Shown piece after piece: positions 1 to 8,292 of a DNA stretch of 64,000 nucleotides (the stretch's first letter is position 1; every line of letters begins with the position of its first letter). Position numbers and translations under genes: made by a program. Below the pieces are notes generated by a model that worked only from the letters and a program-made list of their open reading frames with translations, was not told the DNA's origin and made no database searches. Origin of the DNA: a virus; the IMG/VR virus record IMGVR_UViG_3300035458_000037, positions 20,849 to 84,848 of that record. The stretch is one strand, 5' to 3'.

Positions 1-294
1 TTTTTATTAAAAGCAAAATATTATGAATTGGATATATCAGATCTAGCTATTTTATTGATAGCTGGTAATTGTTCTAATCCGGGAATGATTGTCATGTATG
101 TTCATGCAATGCTAAGATTGCAAGATAAAATAAAAAAGAAAATTCATGTTCGAGATATTCTTAAAGTATACGAAAGTGGATTTCCTTCTGAGAAAACTTT
201 GTATAATCTTTGGGAAAAGCAAAAATGTAAAATTAAAAATAATAAATTGGATTCGTTCGACAACGAGAAAGGAGGGAGTATGCCAGATATATGA
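1..294 (+). CDS. hypothetical protein, 5'-partial
   Basis: Frame is open from base 1 to TGA at 292-294. Confidence 0.6.
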   Translation, partial: FLLKAKYYELDISDLAILLIAGNCSNPGMIVMYVHAMLRLQDKIKKKIHVRDILKVYESGFPSEKTLYNLWEKQKCKIKNNKLDSFDNEKGGSMPDI

Positions 295-376
295 AATTTC
301 ACACAACAGCCAAATAGCATTATTTGCCGAATCAGTAAATCTAAGCGTTATGCGCTAATCAGTAATCGGAGGCAAG

Positions 377-580
377 ATGAAGATGCACAATTCGATAACC
401 CCCGAAAGAATACTCGGGGCAGTCAAATCATCAATGTTCGATAACGAACACATAGGATTCTGTGTGGCGTGCGGTGAGGAGTTCACCAATATCGAACCAG
501 ATTTACGTGAGGGCATATGTAAAATCTGCAAACAGCCCAAAGTATTTGGGGCAGAATCCATTCTTCCTTATTTATCGTAA
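377..580 (+). CDS. small Zn-ribbon protein
   Basis: CVAC...CKIC cysteine pairs; GGAGG SD upstream. Confidence 0.7.
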   Translation: MKMHNSITPERILGAVKSSMFDNEHIGFCVACGEEFTNIEPDLREGICKICKQPKVFGAESILPYLS

Positions 581-591
581 GGAAGGATCAC

Positions 592-1185
592 ATGCCCAGA
601 CAAACAGCTTGCCGTAAAATTATGTCATTGGAATTGGAAATTCAATGGTATTCCACCGCCTTGTGTTACATGATGGCTTTGCGTGATTATTGTAAGCCAA
701 GCGAAGTTGCGGTAGATTATGCTATTAAAATCATAGCACAATCTATTTGTTCATGTTTTGGTGGAAGATTTACCTCTTTCTTTTCTCCTACTGATGTGGA
801 TCTTGAAAATTCGCGGTTAGGAACGAAAATAGGAGATAAATATCGTTTCGTTATGTGTCTTGTTAATGTGTTTGCAAAATTTAAAGATAAAGGCAAAAGA
901 GATATTGTAGTAATGAATTTATTGACTAACGCGATAAATTCGGCAGGTAAAATAAAGAGTAGTAAAAAGTGTATATTCATAACTATACTCTCTCACTTAT
1001 ATGCACTAACCAAATTTTATAGCAATTGTGATCAGGAATTAGGGCCAGATAATATCTCTATAAAACCAATACGTGATATCTCTAATCTTATAGAGATGGT
1101 TATGTGTCGTGAATATGGAGGTAATGAAGCTATGGCAATTTCAACCGAAGCTGTTAAACTGTCAAGGCGGATATATGGCGAATAA
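592..1185 (+). CDS. hypothetical protein
   Basis: 197-aa ORF with AAGGA SD, in a tightly packed operon. Confidence 0.7.
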   Translation: MPRQTACRKIMSLELEIQWYSTALCYMMALRDYCKPSEVAVDYAIKIIAQSICSCFGGRFTSFFSPTDVDLENSRLGTKIGDKYRFVMCLVNVFAKFKDKGKRDIVVMNLLTNAINSAGKIKSSKKCIFITILSHLYALTKFYSNCDQELGPDNISIKPIRDISNLIEMVMCREYGGNEAMAISTEAVKLSRRIYGE

Positions 1186-1396
1186 TATGCCCGTAAAGAA
1201 TAAAAATGGCAAGGTTATAGTTAGATGCCCAGAGTGTGATTCGAAATGCACAAACCCTAAATCGACAGGATCTGGGTTGTCATGGGTATGTGAAACATGC
1301 GAAAATAAATTTGTAACCGGTAAGGTAAAACCAACCAAAGATATCGTGGATAGCTTAGTAGATAATGCTTTCCACATTTTTGATATCTTCAGCTAA
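1175..1396 (+). CDS. small Zn-ribbon protein
   Basis: CPEC...CETC; start moved to MANNMP. Confidence 0.65.
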   Translation: MANNMPVKNKNGKVIVRCPECDSKCTNPKSTGSGLSWVCETCENKFVTGKVKPTKDIVDSLVDNAFHIFDIFS

Positions 1397-1409
1397 ACAA
1401 GGAGATGAC

Positions 1410-1703
1410 ATGTTAATATGTGATTGCGAAAAACGTAAGAAATATTTAATCAAGAGAATCAAAAAAGGTAAGTTTGTTAGAAAGAATAGAAAAATTAATG
1501 TTGAGTCTCGTTTGTTTATGATGTTTCTTGAAATTAACATCAGGTATGAGATTAGTAAATTTAGAAATCTTATAACATATAATATTGAGAAGAAGAATCC
1601 TGATGATGTTCATAAGAAGATCTCTGGATTAACCAAGAGATTAATCAATTCAATTTATCGGGCATCTATTGATGCAGAAAGATATACACCACTCGTAGCA
1701 TAA
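1410..1703 (+). CDS. basic hypothetical protein
   Basis: AGGAG SD before MLICDC. Confidence 0.65.
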   Translation: MLICDCEKRKKYLIKRIKKGKFVRKNRKINVESRLFMMFLEINIRYEISKFRNLITYNIEKKNPDDVHKKISGLTKRLINSIYRASIDAERYTPLVA

Positions 1704-1709
1704 TCTATA

Positions 1710-1738
1710 GTGCCCAGATTATCTGGGCACCTTTTTTT
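1710..1738 (+). terminator. intrinsic terminator
   Basis: GTGCCCAGAT/ATCTGGGCAC inverted repeat followed by a T7 tract. Confidence 0.8.
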
Positions 1739-1758
1739 AGCCAATGCGAAGGAGATAT

Positions 1759-2112
1759 ATGGACAAAGAGATGACTTTCCAAGAGCTTTCTGATAAGGAG
1801 CGATCAGAAGCAATAGCTTTTCTTGGAACACAAATGATCCATGACATAGTTCATGATAATTTTGCTGCCGAAAAAGTATCTGATAATAAATATTGGTTAG
1901 ATACAATACTTAGGGTAAAGCAAGAGTTAGGGAATTGTGAAGGTGATTCTGATTTAATACATGGTTTGTATGTTAGCGCATATACATTATGCAGTAATGA
2001 GATTATTTCATATTTAGTAAAAAATATTATACCTAACACAACGTTTTCAAGGAGATTTATTGATACGAGATCTATTCCAGTTACACCGAATGTAAATGCA
2101 AGGGATAATTAA
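1759..2112 (+). CDS. hypothetical protein
   Basis: AAGGAG SD before MDKEM. Confidence 0.7.
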   Translation: MDKEMTFQELSDKERSEAIAFLGTQMIHDIVHDNFAAEKVSDNKYWLDTILRVKQELGNCEGDSDLIHGLYVSAYTLCSNEIISYLVKNIIPNTTFSRRFIDTRSIPVTPNVNARDN

Positions 2113-2397
2113 ATGATCAAAAATATTGAACTACCCAAAGATCCTATCAACGAAGTTTATTGTGATGTCTGCAAAGAACTCGTTGAAATCACCGGGATTC
2201 CCGATGATGAAAAACCTGTGTTACAAAAAGAGATGTCAGCCCTCCTCTCGATTGCTTGCGGAAAAAATAGTAAGTATGAAGGATTATTCACAAATATCCA
2301 TTTCTGTAACACATGTGCCGATAAATTAATATATTTACTTTCAGAAGAACTTGGGTTAGAATTATCTTCTGAAGATGCATTTGAGGGAGCGGAATAA
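2113..2397 (+). CDS. Zn-binding hypothetical protein
   Basis: CDVC...CNTC; abuts the upstream stop. Confidence 0.7.
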   Translation: MIKNIELPKDPINEVYCDVCKELVEITGIPDDEKPVLQKEMSALLSIACGKNSKYEGLFTNIHFCNTCADKLIYLLSEELGLELSSEDAFEGAE

Positions 2398-2398
2398 T

Positions 2399-2749
2399 AT
2401 GTCTGACGGTAGCAGTAATCTCATATCTGATTCGATCCAGGATGTTACTGAAGAAATATTCAGTAGACTCACTTTCCCAGATTTTCCTTTTGAATTCGTA
2501 ATTTCAAAAGAAGAAACGTGGGAAGGTATATGGATTTATAGGATTTATCATCCTATGGGTAAACTTCACAAGTCAATAAGTGAAAGAGAGTTTACTCGAT
2601 TAAGATATAGAATGATTTCTGCTACCGAGGCATTCAACGGAAATGATCATCTATACGCAAAAATCAAACTTAACGATTTAGTGAAAGAATGGGAGTTTCA
2701 TTATGGAGATGAAGTCAAAAATTTCAAGTGCAATAATGATACAAATTGA
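2399..2749 (+). CDS. hypothetical protein, paralog of next gene
   Basis: Shares S..EF.RLRY....TEA with 2736-3017. Confidence 0.7.
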   Translation: MSDGSSNLISDSIQDVTEEIFSRLTFPDFPFEFVISKEETWEGIWIYRIYHPMGKLHKSISEREFTRLRYRMISATEAFNGNDHLYAKIKLNDLVKEWEFHYGDEVKNFKCNNDTN

Positions 2750-3017
2750 AATACCGCTTCATCCTGCAATTTTTATTGGGATGAAAAAAGATGGAACTAA
2801 TGAAATTCAAATACCAGAAATGAAATATCGTGAATCCTTAAATCAAAAAGAATTTTCTAGATTACGTTATATAGCAATGTCTACCGAAGCTGCTTTGAAG
2901 GTTGGTAGTAAGCATTATATTGATCTCAAACAATGTGAATTGATGAAAGCTCTAATGCCATACATTACTAAAAGTTACAACGGAGGAAAGAGTGTTCAAG
3001 TTAATCCCACTGCATGA
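2736..3017 (+). CDS. hypothetical protein, paralog of previous gene
   Basis: ESLNQKEFSRLRYIAMSTEA vs KSISEREFTRLRYRMISATEA. Confidence 0.7.
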   Translation: MIQIEIPLHPAIFIGMKKDGTNEIQIPEMKYRESLNQKEFSRLRYIAMSTEAALKVGSKHYIDLKQCELMKALMPYITKSYNGGKSVQVNPTA

Positions 3018-3444
3018 TCATATTGATATGTCACAATATCGATATGCTACAAAGCTATCCTCTGGCATCGATCTTCGTGCTAACCTGCTGGGGATGGAGT
3101 TGGAACCTCCAGGGGAACTACTGGTCTGGATCAATCAGCCTATCGTTGTGCCTACTGGTCTTACGTGTCAATTTCGGAACCGAGATATTGAAGCCCAGGT
3201 GCGCTCACGGGGAGGTCTTGCTGCCAAGCATGGCGTCTTCGTCCTGAACTCCCCCGGAACGATTGATGCGGATTATGAAGGAGAAATCAAAATAATACTT
3301 TGCAATACTATGAATGTTCCATTTAAGATTAAGCATGGAGATAGAATTGCTCAATTAGTAATTGCTCCGATTATAAGAATTCCTGAATATATGTCTGATC
3401 GTTATCGTGGAGAAGGACATCTTAGTTCCACAGGTATATCATAA
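2992..3444 (+). CDS. dut: trimeric dUTPase family protein
   Basis: Motifs SSGIDL, AQVRSRGGLA, NSPGTIDADYEGEI, GDRIAQLV, RGEGHLSSTG. Confidence 0.9.
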   Translation: MFKLIPLHDHIDMSQYRYATKLSSGIDLRANLLGMELEPPGELLVWINQPIVVPTGLTCQFRNRDIEAQVRSRGGLAAKHGVFVLNSPGTIDADYEGEIKIILCNTMNVPFKIKHGDRIAQLVIAPIIRIPEYMSDRYRGEGHLSSTGIS

Positions 3445-3722
3445 TGATTAAACCTCAATTTAGTGTTAGAATGTTTAAATCTTTGGGGATTGAGGAATGG
3501 CAAAAAGAAGATAGACGTGTAGCTGACAATCTTGGAACGAAAGGGAAGATTATGCGCAAGGACGTTTCACTTGAGGTGGTGGAAGCCCTTCTACATGATG
3601 CTCTTTTGTATCGAGATATATATGACGCAAACTTTCATTTAGAGGGAGCACCATGCGAATTGGTTTCTGTTATAAACAGCGAGCCGGTAAAGACACAGCA
3701 GCCGACTATCTTATCAATCTGA
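3444..3722 (+). CDS. hypothetical protein
   Basis: TAATG coupling to dut. Confidence 0.6.
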   Translation: MIKPQFSVRMFKSLGIEEWQKEDRRVADNLGTKGKIMRKDVSLEVVEALLHDALLYRDIYDANFHLEGAPCELVSVINSEPVKTQQPTILSI

Positions 3723-4225
3723 CAGGCGGCATTAAACTGAAGTTTGCAGATCCCTTGTATGAACTAGAATCACATTGCTATAAATTCATGGGACTTGGAA
3801 ATCCTGAATCTTACGATAAGAGTTCTCGTCGTATTTTCTTACAATTCATAGCTACCGATTGGGCACGAAGATTAGATCCAGATGTTTTTGTTAAAAAAAT
3901 GTATATTAGATTACAGCAAATGAATATGATGTGCCCTGTGTTATTCTCAAGTAAAGAATGTGAAACCAATTTATTTATTAGTGACGTAAGATTTCCAAAT
4001 GAATTTCATATGCTTAGGAACAATGGATTTATTCTTGTGAAAATCAATAGAGATGAAGCGTTGCGTGTAGCAGCAGGTGCAGTTAGTTTGGATCATAAGT
4101 CAGAAACTCTACTTGACGCATATCCAGATGAAGCATTTGATTATGTGATTGATAACAATGGAACCTTCAAGGATTTCTATTTTAAGATAGACGAAATGTT
4201 AAACTATATAGGAGTGCAAAAATAG
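3653..4225 (+). CDS. deoxynucleoside monophosphate kinase
   Basis: N-terminal P-loop-like AGKDTAA, FADPL, ISDVRFPNE, HKSE, IDNNGT, as in phage dNMP kinases. Confidence 0.9.
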   Translation: MRIGFCYKQRAGKDTAADYLINLTGGIKLKFADPLYELESHCYKFMGLGNPESYDKSSRRIFLQFIATDWARRLDPDVFVKKMYIRLQQMNMMCPVLFSSKECETNLFISDVRFPNEFHMLRNNGFILVKINRDEALRVAAGAVSLDHKSETLLDAYPDEAFDYVIDNNGTFKDFYFKIDEMLNYIGVQK

Positions 4226-4250
4226 CCAATTTCCTGTTATAAGATATTTG
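4214..4250 (+). promoter_or_regulatory. early-type sigma70-like promoter (copy 1 of 5)
   Basis: GTGCAA-18 nt-TATAAG with extended TG; matches nnGCAA-N15-TGTTATAA(T/G)ATAT. Confidence 0.65.
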
Positions 4251-4318
4251 ATAGCAATAATGCTATTATCTCCCCTGCGATCAGGGGCCTTTGTGCCTAA
4301 GGGCACGCGGAGGATGTA

Positions 4319-5278
4319 ATGCGCCAGGAAATCGAATTCAGCTTGTATGATATGATCGACATCTCTAACAGGATGGGCAAGGATTGGGATATCAGCGAAA
4401 GGCTGATCAAGCCAGTATTGGAATTGTGTGACAAGGTTAGTAACAAATATATTACCTTGCGGTCAGGTCATAGTATCTATCGTTTCACCGCAGTTGGTGG
4501 ATGTTTGGTTTTGGACATCAATCAGGATGAACTAGTTAGAATGAAATTGCAGTCAAAAGATGCGCAGGAAAAAATTGACAAACTCACCAAAGAAAAAGGT
4601 GAAGAAATGAAGAAGTGTAAGAAAGAAGACATCGATAAAGTAACAAATAAGTTTGATGAAAAAATCAAGAAGGTGATGGAAGAAAGCGGAAAGGATGGAG
4701 AAGAATATAACAAAGCTGTGGAAGCGTTTGACGAAGAAATATTCAAGATTCCACAGATTGCTGCGAAGTTGATAGAAGTGTTTGGGCCAGTTCTTCATAG
4801 TTTCCTGGTGCCCAGCCCCATGATTCCTTCTCAGCCGGAGGCACCCAAAGCTGAAGCGCCTAAGCCTGAGGCTAAGCCCGAAGCACCCAAGGCTGAAACA
4901 GAGCATATGGTTCCGCCATATGAAGATCGAAAATCTTTTGCCGAAACCGCAAGGGATAACATGAATGAAGTTCTCAAGAAATTTGATACCAACAAACAAA
5001 AAGATTTTGGAATTGTTCTAGCGTTGAGAATGGTAACTGTGGAAAATTTAATGAAAACCAATAACTCCACATTTTGGCAAATCATTCAATGGAATGCCGA
5101 TGTTGCAAAAGGAATTATCAAAGAAGAAGAGATCTATGCCAAAAGCTGCGCCATTGCAACTCACTTTCTGAGAGCCTCTGATGCTCATTTATCCGAAGAA
5201 TTAGTTGGCCAAATCTCCAAGGATTTTGGAAACAGGATGGTGGAAATCCATTACGAAGAACAAAGGAAAGCAGCATAA
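4319..5278 (+). CDS. hypothetical protein with coiled coil and PEAPKAE repeats
   Basis: 319-aa ORF with GGAGG SD, its own promoter and terminator. Confidence 0.8.
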   Translation: MRQEIEFSLYDMIDISNRMGKDWDISERLIKPVLELCDKVSNKYITLRSGHSIYRFTAVGGCLVLDINQDELVRMKLQSKDAQEKIDKLTKEKGEEMKKCKKEDIDKVTNKFDEKIKKVMEESGKDGEEYNKAVEAFDEEIFKIPQIAAKLIEVFGPVLHSFLVPSPMIPSQPEAPKAEAPKPEAKPEAPKAETEHMVPPYEDRKSFAETARDNMNEVLKKFDTNKQKDFGIVLALRMVTVENLMKTNNSTFWQIIQWNADVAKGIIKEEEIYAKSCAIATHFLRASDAHLSEELVGQISKDFGNRMVEIHYEEQRKAA

Positions 5279-5280
5279 TA

Positions 5281-5320
5281 AAAGCAATCCCCCATTCACA
5301 TGGATGGGGGATTGTTTTTT
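5281..5320. terminator. bidirectional intrinsic terminator
   Basis: AAAGCAATCCCCCAT...ATGGGGGATTGTTTTT between convergent genes. Confidence 0.85.
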
Positions 5321-6143
5321 ACCTATGTATTATTCTTCTTATCAAATCTCTCATTGAAGCTAGTTTTTCAAACCAGGGTTGATGTTCAATCTTTCCCCAT
5401 CCAACAGTGATTTCACGAGCTTTCAAGGCAGCGATTGGATCATTGAGATTTAGATCAGGATGATACTTCTTCATAGCATCTCGGTATATTTTCTTAGCCT
5501 CTGCTTTGGTAGTTATTTGCGTATGGGATTTATTACCCCATTTCATAAAGAAAGATTCATGCTCATTATCTATGCTACCTGGCATAGGAGGTGGAGTATA
5601 TTTCTTTCCGAAGTTTTGCCAATTTTCTTCTTTAAAACTATTCTTATTATATTCTTGCCAATTCTCTTTTGCTTTCTGATCGTGATAATTATCCCAAAAT
5701 GTCTTTTGTTTTCTTTCAAATTCTTGTCTTGATCTACTAGCATAATTTTCTTCTCTGGCTCTTGCACGTATTCTTTCAAGATTTCGTTCAGCGGTACTCA
5801 ATTCATGTTCAGCCTTGTGCATGGCCATACCAAAGCCTACGCCACCCGCCAGGGCTCCCAGGCCAGCACCGATCCAGGCACCCGTATTCTCTTCCTTGGT
5901 ATCGAATGCGCTACCAAGTAGGGCACCACCCAGGCCACCCACCACCGCCCCGCCCAGTGCGGCAAGCGGCACCGCAGATGCCATCTTGACTATCCCGCCA
6001 GATCGCTTAATCCCAGTAGCGATAGCTGTGCCCTCGCCACCGCCATTGCGCAGGATGGCATTAGCAATTTCAATGGCCTTCTTCCTGCGCCTTATAGATA
6101 AATTTTTCATTGAATTCGGGTAGTCGGTTTCTGTCCAGGGCAT
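5319..6143 (-). CDS. YdaT/ChaB-like N-terminus + glycine-zipper helices + C-terminal J (DnaJ) domain
   Basis: MPW..DYP.SMKNL...KAIEIANA N-terminus; GGxxGGxxG helices; AKKIYRDAMKKYHPD J-domain signature. Confidence 0.75.
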   Translation of the reverse strand: MPWTETDYPNSMKNLSIRRRKKAIEIANAILRNGGGEGTAIATGIKRSGGIVKMASAVPLAALGGAVVGGLGGALLGSAFDTKEENTGAWIGAGLGALAGGVGFGMAMHKAEHELSTAERNLERIRARAREENYASRSRQEFERKQKTFWDNYHDQKAKENWQEYNKNSFKEENWQNFGKKYTPPPMPGSIDNEHESFFMKWGNKSHTQITTKAEAKKIYRDAMKKYHPDLNLNDPIAALKAREITVGWGKIEHQPWFEKLASMRDLIRRIIHR

Positions 6144-6145
6144 CT

Positions 6146-6430
6146 TTATTCCTCTTTTTTTTTAAAAGCGCCATGAAGGATTAGTGGTTCAACCGTGCTG
6201 AGGATACCACCATACATCGCGCCTTCTTTCAGTCCCTTGACAACCTTCTGCCGGAAGACAGGCCCCGCAGCATGCCGCGCCTTCCATGCCGCCAGACCAG
6301 CATCAGCCGCAGCGATACCCCCGGTCAGAGCTATTCCGCTGGCAAGATAAGGGTGCCGTTGCGCCCACCCACCTAGGCCGCCTTGTTGGTTGTTGTCTCT
6401 ACTTTGGGCAGCCAGCTTTACAAGGCTCAT
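6146..6430 (-). CDS. small tagged (MSLVKLAA) glycine-rich hydrophobic protein, putative virion internal protein
   Basis: AGGGG SD before ATG at 6430; N-terminal tag; two hydrophobic G/A-rich helices. Confidence 0.7.
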   Translation of the reverse strand: MSLVKLAAQSRDNNQQGGLGGWAQRHPYLASGIALTGGIAAADAGLAAWKARHAAGPVFRQKVVKGLKEGAMYGGILSTVEPLILHGAFKKKEE

Positions 6431-6575
6431 GTTTCCCCTTCGCTTTTTTGAGTTCTTCCACATCATCGGCAAGCAACTCTTTAACTTCCCCCTGGATGTG
6501 TTTGAAAGTTTTATCGTCCTTAGTCATATGTTTGCTATCAACGATCATTTTCTTTGCCAACTTGATAATTCCCAT
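6399..6575 (-). CDS. 58-aa tagged protein (MGIIKLAK...), not in ORF track
   Basis: Translated by hand: MGIIKLAKKMIVDSKHMTKDDKTFKHIQGEVKELLADDVEELKKAKGKHEPCKAGCPK; AGGAG SD; fills the operon gap. Confidence 0.7.
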   Translation of the reverse strand: MGIIKLAKKMIVDSKHMTKDDKTFKHIQGEVKELLADDVEELKKAKGKHEPCKAGCPK

Positions 6576-6588
6576 GTCATCTCCTAAT

Positions 6589-6981
6589 TTAGATGTTTCT
6601 TATCGGAACGATAATTGGGGTAGGAGTAGAATTACGTTTTAAATAATTTTCAACACCCGTAAATTCGTGTAATCTCTTTTTCAAAGAAGGATTATTTTCA
6701 ATAGCTCTACTTTCTGCTTCGTAATTCCGTCTATCTTCAGCAACTCCAAGTCCTAATCCTAATCCAAGTATGCCTCCAATAGCTCCCCCAAATAACGCAT
6801 TTTCTTTCTTCATCAAATGTCCTATGCCAGCACCTATTCCAGCGCCAGCAAGACCACCTATCATTCCGTGGGAAAGATATTTACCCTTGATCGAATTGTA
6901 ATGTGGTCGAACTTCATTTTCAATCGCTTCACCTTCTCTCAGGTGATGATATAGATCAGTAGCCAATTTGATTAAACTCAT
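6589..6981 (-). CDS. tagged (MSLIKLAT) two-helix glycine-zipper protein
   Basis: ATGA overlap with upstream gene; GGLAGAGIGAGIG and GGAIGGILGLGLG helices. Confidence 0.75.
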   Translation of the reverse strand: MSLIKLATDLYHHLREGEAIENEVRPHYNSIKGKYLSHGMIGGLAGAGIGAGIGHLMKKENALFGGAIGGILGLGLGLGVAEDRRNYEAESRAIENNPSLKKRLHEFTGVENYLKRNSTPTPIIVPIRNI

Positions 6982-7121
6982 TTCTTCATCCCCCAATTCA
7001 TGACAGTTTTATTTGGCTTCTTAGTCATTTCTGGCTTGAGCCTTTCTGTCATAGGTAGAAGCCGAGGATCTTTCGGATTCTCAAATAGATTACTGGCTAT
7101 TGCTAGTTTGATCAAGCTCAT
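6978..7121 (-). CDS. 47-aa tagged protein (MSLIKLAI...), not in ORF track
   Basis: Translated by hand: MSLIKLAIASNLFENPKDPRLLPMTERLKPEMTKKPNKTVMNWGMKK; ATGA overlaps at both ends. Confidence 0.7.
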   Translation of the reverse strand: MSLIKLAIASNLFENPKDPRLLPMTERLKPEMTKKPNKTVMNWGMKK

Positions 7122-7834
7122 TTGGCTACCTGCACAGCTGTGAACATTACGGCGGCACCGCCGATGAAGTAACAGACCTTCTCTATCGTGCTTCTCTTTT
7201 TTTCTAAAGTTAGACTTTTGTTTAAGTCATCAATCATTGTTTGATTAGTTGTTACTTGTGATGTTTGTAGTTTGAAGTTTTTATCAAGATTTGTTATAGA
7301 TATAGATTGTTGATTAATCAATGAATCCTTTGAAGCTACTTCTTTTTCAAGTGCTGATATTACTTCTCCATTTTTTGATAAATTAGTTTGAAAAATAGGA
7401 TAATTTATTTTCCAACTTACAGCATCTGTAACTATTGCATATGTAGTATTAGTGCATATCATAAATCTATCGTTGAGAAAAGTTACTGTATCATCATTGT
7501 AATAAGTCTTAATCTGTTTAGTTACCTCTCCATTATTTTTAATAGGAGTAACTACTACAGGTTTCTTCAATTTATTTAATTCACTCAATGCCTTAGATGC
7601 TATAGAATTAGCCTTATTAACGTTAGTCGTTAAATTAGCAATTTTTTGTTTATCTTCCTGTGATACTTTCTGTCCTTCTTCAACAGACTTTGCTAAAGAC
7701 TCCTTTTCGCTTTTCAAACTTTCTACTTTTTTGTTTAGATCAATCTTCTCCATTTCGTATCCATAGATGAGTTTTGCACCCACCCCAAGGATAATCAGCA
7801 AAATGAACATAACAGTAGCGAAGGCTTTACTCAT
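7118..7834 (-). CDS. spanin-like envelope protein (N-terminal TM, coiled coil, hydrophobic C-terminus)
   Basis: MSKAFATVMFILLIILGVG TM, long heptad region, directly downstream of a holin-like gene. Confidence 0.55.
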   Translation of the reverse strand: MSKAFATVMFILLIILGVGAKLIYGYEMEKIDLNKKVESLKSEKESLAKSVEEGQKVSQEDKQKIANLTTNVNKANSIASKALSELNKLKKPVVVTPIKNNGEVTKQIKTYYNDDTVTFLNDRFMICTNTTYAIVTDAVSWKINYPIFQTNLSKNGEVISALEKEVASKDSLINQQSISITNLDKNFKLQTSQVTTNQTMIDDLNKSLTLEKKRSTIEKVCYFIGGAAVMFTAVQVAK

Positions 7835-8096
7835 CTTTCTTCTCCTTACTAGACGCCGACACTTCGGTTTTTTTATTGATGATTCCACTTGTGGTGCTGG
7901 CTCCAATAGCTCCACCCAACAAGAGCAACACTCCGCTATCTATTTTAATTCTTCGTAATACACAGATCATAACTAAGACCATGGTAGTTATATTCCAAAG
8001 ATATCTAATAATACGATCACTTGAAATACATCCATCGTTGCCAGTAATACTATTCTTTATTGTTTGAATAAAACCAGTGGCCATTAATATGTTCAC
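7827..8096 (-). CDS. putative holin (2 TM, charged C-tail)
   Basis: GGAGG SD then GTG at 8096 (alternative ATG 8084); GxISSxR motif, two hydrophobic segments, KEKKDE tail. Confidence 0.55.
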   Translation of the reverse strand: MNILMATGFIQTIKNSITGNDGCISSDRIIRYLWNITTMVLVMICVLRRIKIDSGVLLLLGGAIGASTTSGIINKKTEVSASSKEKKDE

Positions 8097-8129
8097 GACA
8101 GCCTCCGAAGTAAAAGTGTAACACCTCTT

Positions 8130-8166
8130 ACGCAAAAAGGAAGTAAAATTTGTTATAATATATATG
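8130..8166 (+). promoter_or_regulatory. early-type promoter (copy 2 of 5)
   Basis: ACGCAA-18 nt-TATAAT, context TGTTATAATATATATG. Confidence 0.7.
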
Positions 8167-8292
8167 TAGTGATTATATTTATCCGAGAGGAGGTGATTGG
8201 CAATGTGGCATCCGTTCTTATAGAAAGGTAAAACGCCAGAAGCGGGATTTTCCCGCTTCTCAACAGGATATTTTTTAGCAAGGAGAACGAAA

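Noticed and set aside
4835-4900. Short imperfect repeats (PEAPKAE)
   Set aside because: Low-complexity protein linker, not a CRISPR or DNA-level array.
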